The notes beneath the pieces are model-generated. The model ran no database searches. It saw only the letters and a program-made list of their open reading frames with translations, and was not told where the DNA came from. From positions 1-64,000 of the forward strand of contig CAXIUT010000073.1 in the NCBI GenBank assembly GCA_964035545.1: a stretch of DNA of 64,000 nucleotides. Direction: 5' to 3'. Source of the stretch: Bugula neritina (taxonomy: Eukaryota > Animalia > Bryozoa). Positions 38,814 to 53,537 of this stretch are shown here, piece after piece (within the stretch, counting starts at the first letter, position 1; every line of letters begins with the position of its first letter). Made by a program: the position numbers and the translations under genes.

Positions 38814-41800
38814 AACTGTATTGGCACGTTGCCATTTGATATTTGGTAATATTTCGCATCACAACAAACTCTTCAGAAAGTTAAGAAAATTAGTCTAGAA
38901 AGTTAATGAAATAAACCTACCAGAGAGAGTAAGCCAGATGTAACAAGTAGATCCAAAACAAGTTGATTAACAATTGAAGTTGAAATCTCCATGTAGTGAA
39001 CACTTTAGTCCTAATGTCAAATGCAAACGTCTGCAACCAAACTGTGTAGACTTCATGAGCTGGTTAGCTGACAGGACTCATTAAAGTTCTTAACTCTTGT
39101 GTGTATAGTGATGCCCATCTTGAACTAGAGAGGGCTGACTGAAGACTGCTACTTTGTGAAAATTGACAATGCATATTATTATTATTCATTGTTGAGATTC
39201 ACGGCTGCCATAAACAATGATAAAATATTCATTGTTGGTACTAGTGAGTAGAATAAAATATAATATAATAATTTCTTGACAGATAAATAATATCATATAC
39301 AGAATCTAACTTACCATAACTCTACAGTGCTTCACCTCTTCAACTTTTTCGGCAATGTTATTTCCTTCTAGTTAAAAGTACTAGCTGAATATAAGACTTT
39401 GAAACATAACCCTTCAATTTCATTGCACCAGCACCGGTTGCAAGATAGGTGTTTTGGGAGTTATCTTTCCTAAAAATTTGTTTTCGGCGTTTATACGAAG
39501 CAGACACAGGCTAATATTAATTTTGTTATTTGCAAGAGTTTTTCTGTCTGATTGTCCATCAGCAAAATTGTTTGCGCCTTGCAGTTATTATGGAAATACC
39601 AGTGATGCTGGAAGACCTTTGCATTGTACACCCGCCTTTACTATTGAATTTAGATGTTTTATTTTCCCATCCCCTCTCCTGCCCCCCTGTCCCCTCTAAC
39701 AACCAGCAATCCTGACTCATGTGAAATGTGTTATTGTTTTAGAGTTGGACCATGGGCCTACAGTATACGATTTGAAGCCTTATTGTTTACAGGCAGTCGA
39801 GATGAGTCACTGCTGAAACCCATTTTATTAGTAGACTATATTGCTCTTTAATCATCAGTTTTCATATTAAAACAAACAGCTCGTCTGCAGCGCCATTTCA
39901 CAGCATTATACTTTGCTAGAGCAATAACTAATTTTAGATGCCTTTGCAAACATATGAGAAATAAATGAGTCATTTTATGAAAAGAGGTGTTTGAAGCAAT
40001 TGTCCACTTTTGATTTAGACGCGGCATGGAAACTTTTGTAGTTTCAAATAATATCTCCAAACTCATCACTTGCATGTGTTTATATGCTTGATAAAGTTTT
40101 TCATGCAAAACTTGATGCCTGCTTCAAAGACACCAGTGCTTAATTACTGTGTTAACTGTATTGGCACGTTGCCATTTGAGATTTGGTAATATTTCGCATC
40201 ACAACAAACTCTTCGGAAAGTTAAGAAAATTAGTCTAAAAAGTTAATGAAATAAACCTACCAGAGAGAGTAAGCCAGATGTAACAAGTAGATCCAAAACA
40301 AGTTGATTAACAATTGAAGTTGAAATCTCCATGTAGTGAACACTTTAGTCCTAATGTCAAATGCAAACGTCTGCAACCAAACTGTGTAGACTTCATGAGC
40401 TGGTTAGCTGACAGGACTCATTAAAGTTCTTAACTCTTGTGTGTATAGTGATGCCCATCTTGAACTAGAGAGGGCTGACTGAAGACTGCTACTTTGTGAA
40501 AATTGACAATGCATATTATTATTATTCATTGTTGAGATTCACGGCTGCCATAAACAATGATAAAATATTCATTGTTGGTACTAGTGAGTAGAATAAAATA
40601 TAATATAATAATTTCTTGACAGATAAATAATATCATATACAGAATCTAACTTACCATAACTCTACAGTGCTTCACCTCTTCAACTTTTTCGGCAATGTTA
40701 TTTCCTTCTAGTTAAAAGTACTAGCTGAATATTAGACTTTGAAACATAACCCTTCAATTTCATTGCACCAGCACCGGTTGCAAGATAGGTGTGTTGGGAG
40801 TTATCTTTCCTAAAAATTTGTTTTCGGCGTTTATACGAAGCAGACACAGGCTAATATTAATTTTGTTATTTGCAAGAGTTTTTCTGTCTGGTTGTCCATC
40901 AGCAAAATTTTGCGCCTTGCAGTTTTTATGGAAATACCAGTGATGCTGGAAGACCTTTGCATTGTACACCCGCCTTTACTATTGAATTTAGATGTTTTAT
41001 TTTCCCATCCCCTCTCCTGCCCCCCTGTCCCCTCTAACAACCAGCAATCCTGACTCATGTGAAATGTGTTATTGTTTTAGAGTTGGACCATGGGCCTACA
41101 GTATACGATTTGAAGCTTTATTGTTTACAGGCAGTCGAGATGAGTCACTGCTGAAACCCATTTTATTAGTAGACTATATTGCTCTTTAATCATCAGTTTT
41201 CATATTAAAACAGAAAGCTCATCTGCAGCGCCATTTCACAGTATTATACTTTGCTAGAGCAATAACTAATTTTAGATGCCTTCGCAAACATATGAGAAAT
41301 AAATGAGTCATGTTATGAAAAGAGGTGTTTGCAGCACTTGTCCACTTTTGATTTACACGTGGCATGGAAACTTTTGTAGTTTTAAATAATATCTCCAAAC
41401 TCATCACTTGCATGTGTTTATATTCATGATAAAGTTTTTCATGCAAAACTTGATGCCTGCTTCAAAGACACCAGTGCTTGATTACTGTGTTAACTGTATT
41501 GGCACGTTGCCATTTGATATTTGGTAATATTTCGCATCACAACAAACTCTTCAGAAAGTTAAGAAAATTAGTCTAGAAAGTTAATGAAATAAACCTACCA
41601 GAGAGAGTAAGCCAGATGTAACAAGTAGATCCAAAACAAGTTGATTAACAATTGAAGTTGAAATCTCCATGTAGTGAACACTTTAGTCCTAATGTCAAAT
41701 GCAAACGTCTGCAACCAAACTGTGTAGACTTCATGAGCTGGTTAGCTGACAGGACTCATTAAAGTTCTTAACTCTTGTGTGTATAGTGATGCCCATCTTG

Positions 41801-44800
41801 AACTAGAGAGGGCTGACTGAAGACTGCTACTTTGTGAAAATTGACAATGCATATTATTATTATTCATTGTTGAGATTCACGGCTGCCATAAACAATGATA
41901 AAATATTCATTGTTGGTACTAGTGAGTAGAATAAAATATAATATAATAATTTCTTGACAGATAAATAATATCATATACAGAATCTAACTTACCATAACTC
42001 TACAGTGCTTCACCTCTTCAACTTTTTCGGCAATGTTATTTCCTTCTAGTTAAAAGTACTAGCTGAATATTAGACTTTGAAACATAACCCTTCAATTTCA
42101 TTGCACCAGCACCGGTTGCAAGATAGGTGTGTTGGGAGTTATCTTTCCTAAAAATTTGTTTTCGGCGTTTATACGAAGCAGACACAGGCTAATATTAATT
42201 TTGTTATTTGCAAGAGTTTTTCTGTCTGGTTGTCCATCAGCAAAATTTTGCGCCTTGCAGTTTTTATGGAAATACCAGTGATGCTGGAAGACCTTTGCAT
42301 TGTACACCCGCCTTTACTATTGAATTTAGATGTTTTATTTTCCCATCCCCTCTCCTGCCCCCCTGTCCCCTCTAACAACCAGCAATCCTGACTCATGTGA
42401 AATGTGTTATTGTTTTAGAGTTGGACCATGGGCCTACAGTATACGATTTGAAGCTTTATTGTTTACAGGCAGTCGAGATGAGTCACTGCTGAAACCCATT
42501 TTATTAGTAGACTATATTGCTCTTTAATCATCAGTTTTCATATTAAAACAGAAAGCTCATCTGCAGCGCCATTTCACAGTATTATACTTTGCTAGAGCAA
42601 TAACTAATTTTAGATGCCTTTGCAAACATATGAGAAATAAATGAGTCATTTTATGAAAAGAGGTGTTTGCAGCACTTGTCCACTTTTGATTTACACGTGG
42701 CATGGAAACTTTTGTAGTTTTAAATAATATCTCCAAACTCATCACTTGCATGTGTTTATATACATGATAAAGTTTTTCATGCAAAACTTGATGCCTGCTT
42801 CAAAGACACCAGTGCTTGATTACTGTGTTAACTGTATTGGCACGTTGCCATTTGATATTTGGTAATATTTCGCATCACAACAAACTCTTCAGAAAGTTAA
42901 GAAAATTAGTCTAGAAAGTTAATGAAATAAACCTACCAGAGAGAGTAAGCCAGATGTAACAAGTAGATCCAAAACAAGTTGATTAACAATTGAAGTTGAA
43001 ATCTCCATGTAGTGAACACTTTAGTCCTAATGTCAAATGCAAACGTCTGCAACCAAACTGTGTAGACTTCATGAGCTGGTTAGCTGACAGGACTCATTAA
43101 AGTTCTTAACTCTTGTGTGTATAGTGTTGCCCATCTTGAACTAGAGAGGGCTGACTGAAGACTGCTACTTTGTGAAAATTGACAATGCATATTATTATTA
43201 TTCATTATTGAGATTCACGGCTGCCATAAACAATGATAAAATATTCATTGTTGGTACTAGTGAGTAGAATAAAATATAATATAATAATTTCTTGACAGAT
43301 AAATAATATCATATACAGAATCTAACTTACCATAACTCTACAGTGCTTCACCTCTTCAACTTTTTCGGCAATGTTATTTCCTTCTAGTTAAAAGTACTAG
43401 CTGAATATTAGACTTTGAAACATAACCCTTCAATTTCATTGCACCAGCACCGGTTGCAAGATAGGTGTGTTGGGAGTTATCTTTCCTAAAAATTTGTTTT
43501 CGGCGTTTATACGAAGCAGACACAGGCTAATATTAATTTTGTTATTTGCAAGAGTTTTTCTGTCTGGTTGTCCATCAGCAAAATTTTGCGCCTTGCAGTT
43601 TTTATGGAAATACCAGTGATGCTGGAAGACCTTTGCATTGTACACCCGCCTTTACTATTGAATTTAGATGTTTTATTTTCCCATCCCCTCTCCTGCCCCC
43701 CTGTCCCCTCTAACAACCAGCAATCCTGACTCATGTGAAATGTGTTATTGTTTTAGAGTTGGATCATGGGCCTACAGTATACGATTTGAAGCTTTATTGT
43801 TTACAGGCAGTCGAGATGAGTCACTGCTGAAACCCATTTTATTAGTAGACTATATTGCTCTTTAATCATCAGTTTTCATATTAAAACAAACAGCTCATCT
43901 GCAGCGCCATTTCACAGTATTATACTTTGCTAGAGCAATAACTAATTTTAGATGCCTTTGCAAACATATGAGAAATAAATGAGTCATTTTATGAAAAGAG
44001 GTGTTTGCAGCAATTGTCCACTTTTGATTTAGACGCGGCATGGAAACTTTTGTAGTTTTAAATAATATCTCCAAACTCATCACTTGCATGTGTTTATATG
44101 CTTGATAAAGTTTTTCATGCAAAACTTGATGCCTGCTTCAAAAACACCAGTGCTTAATTACTGTGTTAACTGTATTGGCACGTTGCCATTTGATATTTGG
44201 TAATATTTCGCATCACAACAAACTCTTCAGAAAGTTAAGAAAATTAGTCTAGAAAGTTAATGAAATAAACCTACCAGAGAGAGTAAGCCAGATGTAACAA
44301 GTAGATCCAAAACAAGTTGATTAACAATTGAAGTTGAAATATCCATGTAGTGAACACTTTAGTCCTAATGTCAAATGCAAACGTCTGCAACCAAACTGTG
44401 TAGACTTCATGAGCTGGTTAGCTGACAGGACTCATTAAAGTTCTTAACTCTTGTGTGTATAGTGATGCCCATCTTGAACTAGAGAGGGCTGACTGAAGAC
44501 TGCTACTTTGTGAAAATTGACAATGCAGATTATTATTATTCATTGTTGAGATTCACGGCTGCCATAAACAATGATAAAATATTCATTGTTGGTACTAGTG
44601 AGTAGAATAAAATATAATATAATAATTTCTTGACAGATAAATAATATCATATACAGAATCTAACTTACCATAACTCTACAGTGCTTCACCTCTTCAACTT
44701 TTTCGGCAATGTTATTTCCTACTAGTTAGAAGTACTAGCTGAATATAGGACTTTGAAACACAACCCTTCAATTCCATTACACCAGCACCGGTTGCAAGAT

Positions 44801-47800
44801 AGGTGTGTTGGGAGTTATCTTTCCTAAAATTTTGTTCTTGGCGTTTATACGAAACAGACACAGGCTAATATTAGTTTTGTTATTTGCAAGAGTTTTTCTG
44901 TCTGGTTGTCCATCAGCAAAATTTTGCGCCTTGCAGTTTTTATGGAAATACCAGTGATGCTGGAAGACCTTTGCATTGTACACCCGCCTTTACTATTGAA
45001 TTTAGATGTTTTATTTTCCCATCCCCTCTCCTGCCCCCCTGTCCCCTCTAACAACCAGCAATCCTGACTCATGTGAAATGTGTTATTGTTTTAGAGTTGG
45101 ACCATGGGCCTACAGTATACGATTTGAAGCCTTATTGTTTACAGGCAGTCGAGATGAGTCACTGCTGAAACCCATTTTATTAGTAGACTATATTGCTCTT
45201 TAATCATCAGTTTTCATATTAAAACAAACAGCTCGTCTGCAGCGCCATTTCACAGTATTATACTTTGCTAGAGCAATAACTAATTTTAGATGCCTTTGCA
45301 AACATATGAGAAATAAATGAGTCATTTTATGAAAAGAGGTGTTTGAAGCAATTGTCCACTTTTGATTTAGACGCGGCATGGAAACTTTTGTAGTTTCAAA
45401 TAATATCTCCAAACTCATCACTTGCATGTGTTTATATGCTTGATAAAGTTTTTCATGCAAAACTTGATGCCTGCTTCAAAGACACCAGTGCTTAATTACT
45501 GTGTTAACTGTATTGGCACGTTGCCATTTGAGATTTGGTAATATTTCGCATCACAACAAACTCTTCAGAAAGTTAAGAAAATTAGTCTAAAAAGTTAATG
45601 AAATAAACCTACCAGAGAGAGTAAGCCAGATGTAACAAGTAGATCCAAAACAAGTTGATTAACAATTGAAGTTGAAATCTCCATGTAGTGAACACTTTAG
45701 TCCTAATGTCAAATGCAAACGTCTGCAACCAAACTGTGTAGACTTCATGAGCTGGTTAGCTGACAGGACTCATTAAAGTTCTTAACTCTTGTGTGTATAG
45801 TGATGCCCATCTTGAACTAGAGAGGGCTGACTGAAGACTGCTACTTTGTGAAAATTGACAATGCATATTATTATTATTCATTGTTGAGATTCACGGCTGC
45901 CATAAACAATGATAAAATATTCATTGTTGGTACTAGTGAGTAGAATAAAATATATTATAATAATTTCTTGACAGAAAAATAATATCATATACAGAATATA
46001 ACTTACCATAACTCTACAGTGCTTCACCTCTTCAACTTTTTCGGCAATGTCATTTCCTACTAGTTAGAAGTACTAGCTGAATATAGGACTTTGAAACACA
46101 ACCCTTCAATTCCATTGCACCAGCACCGGTTGCAAGATAGGTGTGTTGGGAGTTATCTTTCCTAAAATTTTGTTCTTGGCGTTTATACGAAACAGACACA
46201 GGCTAATATTAGTTTTGTTATTTGCAAGAGTTTTTCTGTCTGGTTGTCCATCAGCAAAGTTTTGCGCCTTGCAGTTTTTATGGAAATACCAGTGATGCTG
46301 GAAGACCTTTGCATTGTACACCCGCCTTTACTATTGAATTTAGATGTTTTATTTTCCCATCCCCTCTCCTGCCCCCCTGTCCCCTCTAACAACCAGCAAT
46401 CCTGACTCATGTGAAATGTGTTATTGTTTTAGAGTTGGACCATGGGCCTACAGTATACGATTTGAAGCCTTATTGTTTACAGGCAGTCGAGATGAGTCAC
46501 TGCTGAAACCCATTTTATTAGTAGACTATATTGCTCTTTAATCATCAGTTTTCATATTAAAACAAACAGCTCGTCTGCAGCGCCATTTCACAGTATTATA
46601 CTTTGCTAGAGCAATAACTAATTTTAGATGCCTTTGCAAACATATGAGAAATAAATGAGTCATTTTATGAAAAGAGGTGTTTGAAGCAATTGTCCACTTT
46701 TGATTTAGACGCGGCATGGAAACTTTTGTAGTTTCAAATAATATCTCCAAACTCATCACTTGCATGTGTTTATATGCTTGATAAAGTTTTTCATGCAAAA
46801 CTTGATGCCTGCTTCAAAGACACCAGTGCTTAATTACTGTGTTAACTGTATTGGCACGTTGCCATTTGAGATTTGGTAATATTTCGCATCACAACAAACT
46901 CTTCAGAAAGTTAAGAAAATTAGTCTAAAAAGTTAATGAAATAAACCTACCAGAGAGAGTAAGCCAGATGTAACAAGTAGATCCAAAACAAGTTGATTAA
47001 CAATTGAAGTTGAAATCTCCATGTAGTGAACACTTTAGTCCTAATGTCAAATGCAAACGTCTGCAACCAAACTGTGTAGACTTCATGAGCTGGTTAGCTG
47101 ACAGGACTCATTAAAGTTCTTAACTCTTGTGTGTATAGTGATGCCCATCTTGAACTAGAGAGGGCTGACTGAAGACTGCTACTTTGTGAAAATTGACAAT
47201 GCATATTATTATTATTCATTGTTGAGATTCACGGCTGCCATAAACAATGATAAAATATTCATTGTTGGTACTAGTGAGTAGAATAAAATATATTATAATA
47301 ATTTCTTGACAGAAAAATAATATCATATACAGAATATAACTTACCATAACTCTACAGTGCTTCACCTCTTCAACTTTTTCGGCAATGTCATTTCCTACTA
47401 GTTAGAAGTACTAGCTGAATATAGGACTTTGAAACACAACCCTTCAATTCCATTGCACCAGCACCGGTTGCAAGATAGGTGTGTTGGGAGTTATCTTTCC
47501 TAAAATTTTGTTCTTGGCGTTTATACGAAACAGACACTGGCTAATATTAGTTCTGTTATTTGCAAGAGTTTTTCTGTCTGGTTGTCCATCAGCAAAATTT
47601 TGCGCCTTGCAGTTTTTATGGAAATACCAGTGATGCTGGAAGACCTTTGCATTGTACACCCGCCTTCACTATTGAATTTAGATGTTTTATTTTCCCATCC
47701 CCTCTCCTGCCCCCCTGTCCCCTCTAACAACCAGCAATCCTGACTCATGTGAAATGTGTTATTGTTTTAGAGTTGGACCATGGGCCTACAGTATACGATT

Positions 47801-50800
47801 TGAAGCTTTATTGTTTACAGGCAGTCGAGATGAGTCACTGCTGAAACCCATTTTATTAGTAGACTATATTGCTCTTTAATCATCAGTTTTCATATTAAAA
47901 CAGAAAGCTCATCTGCAGCGCCATTTCACAGTATTATACTTTGCTAGAGCAATAACTAATTTTAGATGCCTTTGCAAACATATGAGAAATAAATGAGTCA
48001 TTTTATGAAAAGAGGTGTTTGCAGCACTTGTCCACTTTTGATTTACACGTGGCATGGAAACTTTTGTAGTTTTAAATAATATCTCCAAACTCATCACTTG
48101 CATGTGTTTATATACATGATAAAGTTTTTCATGCAAAACTTGATGCCTGCTTCAAAGACACCAGTGCTTGATTACTGTGTTAACTGTATTGGCACGTTGC
48201 CATTTGATATTTGGTAATATTTCGCATCACAACAAACTCTTCAGAAAGTTAAGAAAATTAGTCTAGAAAGTTAATGAAATAAACCTACCAGAGAGAGTAA
48301 GCCAGATGTAACAAGTAGATCCAAAACAAGTTGATTAACAATTGAAGTTGAAATCTCCATGTAGTGAACACTTTAGTCCTAATGTCAAATGCAAACGTCT
48401 GCAACCAAACTGTGTAGACTTCATGAGCTGGTTAGCTGACAGGACTCATTAAAGTTCTTAACTCTTGTGTGTATAGTGATGCCCATCTTGAACTAGAGAG
48501 GGCTGACTGAAGACTGCTACTTTGTGAAAATTGACAATGCATATTATTATTATTCATTGTTGAGATTCACGGCTGCCATAAACAATGATAAAATATTCAT
48601 TGTTGGTACTAGTGAGTAGAATAAAATATAATATAATAATTTCTTGACAGATAAATAATATCATATACAGAATCTAACTTACCATAACTCTACAGTGCTT
48701 CACCTCTTCAACTTTTTCGGCAATGTTATTTCCTTCTAGTTAAAAGTACTAGCTGAATATAAGACTTTGAAACATAACCCTTCAATTTCATTGCACCAGC
48801 ACCGGTTGCAAGATAGGTGTGTTGGGAGTTATCTTTCCTAAAAATTTGTTTTCGGCGTTTATACGAAGCAGACACAGGCTAATATTAATTTTGTTATTTG
48901 CAAGAGTTTTTCTGTCTGATTGTCCATCAGCAAAATTGTTTGCGCCTTGCAGTTATTATGGAAATACCAGTGATGCTGGAAGACCTTTGCATTGTACACC
49001 CGCCTTTACTATTGAATTTAGATGTTTTATTTTCCCATCCCCTCTCCTGCCCCCCTGTCCCCTCTAACAACCAGCAATCCTGACTCATGTGAAATGTGTT
49101 ATTGTTTTAGAGTTGGACCATGGGCCTACAGTATACGATTTGAAGCCCTATTGTTTACAGGCAGTCGAGATGAGTCACTGCTGAAACCCATTTTATTAGT
49201 AGACTATATTGCTCTTTAATCATCAGTTTTCATATTAAAACAAACAGCTCGTCTGCAGCGCCATTTCACAGTATTATACTTTGCTAGAGCAATAACTAAT
49301 TTTAGATGCCTTTGCAAACATATGAGAAATAAATGAGTCATTTTATGAAAAGAGGTGTTTGAAGCAATTGTCCACTTTTGATTTAGACGCGGCATGGAAA
49401 CTTTTGTAGTTTCAAATAATATCTCCAAACTCATCACTTGCATGTGTTTATATGCTTGATAAAGTTTTTCATGCAAAACTTGATGCCTGCTTCAAAGACA
49501 CCAGTGCTTAATTACTGTGTTAACTGTATTGGCACGTTGCCATTTGAGATTTGGTAATATTTCGCATCACAACAAACTCTTCAGAAAGTTAAGAAAATTA
49601 GTCTAGAAAGTTAATGAAATAAACCTACCAGAGAGAGTAAGCCAGATGTAACAAGTAGATCCAAAACAAGTTGATTAACAATTGAAGTTGAAATCTCCAT
49701 GTAGTGAACACTTTAGTCCTAATGTCAAATGCAAACGTCTGCAACCAAACTGTGTAGACTTCATGAGCTGGTTAGCTGACAGGACTCATTAAAGTTCTTA
49801 ACTCTTGTGTGTATAGTGATGCCCATCTTGAACTAGAGAGGGCTGACTGAAGACTGCTACTTTGTGAAAATTGACAATGCATATTATTATTATTCATTGT
49901 TGAGATTCACGGCTGCCATAAACAATGATAAAATATTCATTGTTGGTACTAGTGAGTAGAATAAAATATAATATAATAATTTCTTGACAGATAAATAATA
50001 TCATATACAGAATCTAACTTACCATAACTCTACAGTGCTTCACCTCTTCAACTTTTTCGGCAATGTTATTTCCTTCTAGTTAAAAGTACTAGCTGAATAT
50101 TAGACTTTGAAACATAACCCTTCAATTTCATTGCACCAGCACCGGTTGCAAGATAGGTGTGTTGGGAGTTATCTTTCCTAAAAATTTGTTTTCGGCGTTT
50201 ATACGAAGCAGACACAGGCTAATATTAATTTTGTTATTTGCAAGAGTTTTTCTGTCTGGTTGTCCATCAGCAAAATTTTGCGCCTTGCAGTTTTTATGGA
50301 AATACCAGTGATGCTGGAAGACCTTTGCATTGTACACCCGCCTTCACTATTGAATTTAGATGTTTTATTTTCCCATCCCCTCTCCTGCCCCCCTGTCCCC
50401 TCTAACAACCAGCAATCCTGACTCATGTGAAATGTGTTATTGTTTTAGAGTTGGACCATGGGCCTACAGTATACGATTTGAAGCTTTATTGTTTACAGGC
50501 AGTCGAGATGAGTCACTGCTGAAACCCATTTTATTAGTAGACTATATTGCTCTTTAATCATCAGTTTTCATATTAAAACAGAAAGCTCATCTGCAGCGCC
50601 ATTTCACAGTATTATACTTTGCTAGAGCAATAACTAATTTTAGATGCCTTTGCAAACATATGAGAAATAAATGAGTCATTTTATGAAAAGAGGTGTTTGC
50701 AGCACTTGTCCACTTTTGATTTACACGTGGCATGGAAACTTTTGTAGTTTTAAATAATATCTCCAAACTCATCACTTGCATGTGTTTATATACATGATAA

Positions 50801-53537
50801 AGTTTTTCATGCAAAACTTGATGCCTGCTTCAAAGACACCAGTGCTTGATTACTGTGTTAACTGTATTGGCACGTTGCCATGAGATATTTGGTAATATTT
50901 CGCATCACAACAAACTCTTCAGAAAGTTAAGAAAATTAGTCTAGAAAGTTAATGAAATAAACCTACCAGAGAGAGTAAGCCAGATGTAAGAAGTAGATCC
51001 AAAACAAGTTGATTAACAATTGAAGTTGAAATCTCCATGTAGTGAACACTTTAGTCCTAATGTCAAATGCAAACGTCTGCAACCAAACTGTGTAGACTTC
51101 ATGAGCTGGTTAGCTGACAGGACTCATTAAAGTTCTTAACTCTTGTGTGTATAATGTTGCCCATCTTGAACTAGAGAGGGCTGACTGAAGACTGCTACTT
51201 TGTGAAAATTGACAATGCATATTATTATTATTCATTGTTGAGATTCACGGCTGCCATAAACAATGATAAAATATTCATTGTTGGTACTAGTGAGTAGAAT
51301 AAAATATAATATAATAATTTCTTGACAGATAAATAATATCATATACAGAATCTAACTTACCATAACTCTACAGTGCTTCACCTCTTCAACTTTTTCGGCA
51401 ATGTTATTTCCTTCTAGTTAAAAGTACTAGCTGAATATAAGACTTTGAAACATAACCCTTCAATTTCATTGCACCAGCACCGGTTGCAAGATAGGTGTGT
51501 TGGGAGTTATCTTTCCTAAAATTTTGTTCTTGGCGTTTATACGAAACAGACACAGGCTAATATTAGTTTTGTTATTTGCAAGAGTTTTTCTGTCTGGTTG
51601 TCCATCAGCAAAATTTTGCGCCTTGCAGTTTTTATGGAAATACCAGTGATGCTGGAAGACCTTTGCATTGTACACCCGCCTTTACTATTGAATTTAGATG
51701 TTTTATTTTCCCATCCCCTCTCCTGCCCCCCTGTCCCCTCTAACAACCAGCAATCCTGACTCATGTGAAATGTGTTATTGTTTTAGAGTTGGACCATGGG
51801 CCTACAGTATACGATTTGAAGCCTTATTGTTTACAGGCAGTCGAGATGAGTCACTGCTGAAACCCATTTTATTAGTAGACTATATTGCTCTTTAATCATC
51901 AGTTTTCATATTAAAACAAACAGCTCGTCTGCAGCGCCATTTCACAGTATTATACTTTGCTAGAGCAATAACTAATTTTAGATGCCTTTGCAAACATATG
52001 AGAAATAAATGAGTCATTTTATGAAAAGAGGTGTTTGAAGCAATTGTCCACTTTTGATTTAGACGCGGCATGGAAACTTTTGTAGTTTCAAATAATATCT
52101 CCAAACTCATCACTTGCATGTGTTTATATGCTTGATAAAGTTTTTCATGCAAAACTTGATGCCTGCTTCAAAGACACCAGTGCTTAATTACTGTGTTAAC
52201 TGTATTGGCACGTTGCCATTTGAGATTTGGTAATATTTCGCATCACAACAAACTCTTCAGAAAGTTAAGAAAATTAGTCTAAAAAGTTAATGAAATAAAC
52301 CTACCAGAGAGAGTAAGCCAGATGTAACAAGTAGATCCAAAACAAGTTGATTAACAATTGAAGTTGAAATCTCCATGTAGTGAACACTTTAGTCCTAATG
52401 TCAAATGCAAACGTCTGCAACCAAACTGTGTAGACTTCATGAGCTGGTTAGCTGACAGGACTCATTAAAGTTCTTAACTCTTGTGTGTATAGTGATGCCC
52501 ATCTTGAACTAGAGAGGGCTGACTGAAGACTGCTACTTTGTGAAAATTGACAATGCATATTATTATTATTCATTGTTGAGATTCACGGCTGCCATAAACA
52601 ATGATAAAATATTCATTGTTGGTACTAGTGAGTAGAATAAAATATAATATAATAATTTCTTGACAGATAAATAATATCATATACAGAATCTAACTTACCA
52701 TAACTCTACAGTGCTTCACCTCTTCAACTTTTTCGGCAATGTTATTTCCTTCTAGTTAAAAGTACTAGCTGAATATAAGACTTTGAAACATAACCCTTCA
52801 ATTTCATTGCACCAGCACCGGTTGCAAGATAGGTGTGTTGGGAGTTATCTTTCCTAAAAATTTGTTTTCGGCGTTTATACGAAGCAGACACAGGCTAATA
52901 TTAATTTTGTTATTTGCAAGAGTTTTTCTGTCTGATTGTCCATCAGCAAAATTGTTTGCGCCTTGCAGTTATTATGGAAATACCAGTGATGCTGGAAGAC
53001 CTTTGCATTGTACACCCGCCTTTACTATTGAATTTAGATGTTTTATTTTCCCATCCCCTCTCCTGCCCCCCTGTCCCCTCTAACAACCAGCAATCCTGAC
53101 TCATGTGAAATGTGTTATTGTTTTAGAGTTGGACCATGGGCCTACAGTATACGATTTGAAGCCTTATTGTTTACAGGCAGTCGAGATGAGTCACTGCTGA
53201 AACCCATTTTATTAGTAGACTATATTGCTCTTTAATCATCAGTTTTCATATTAAAACAAACAGCTCGTCTGCAGCGCCATTTCACAGTATTATACTTTGC
53301 TAGAGCAATAACTAATTTTAGATGCCTTTGCAAACATATGAGAAATAAATGAGTCATTTTATGAAAAGAGGTGTTTGAAGCAATTGTCCACTTTTGATTT
53401 AGACGCGGCATGGAAACTTTTGTAGTTTCAAATAATATCTCCAAACTCATCACTTGCATGTGTTTATATGCTTGATAAAGTTTTTCATGCAAAACTTGAT
53501 GCCTGCTTCAAAGACACCAGTGCTTAATTACTGTGTT

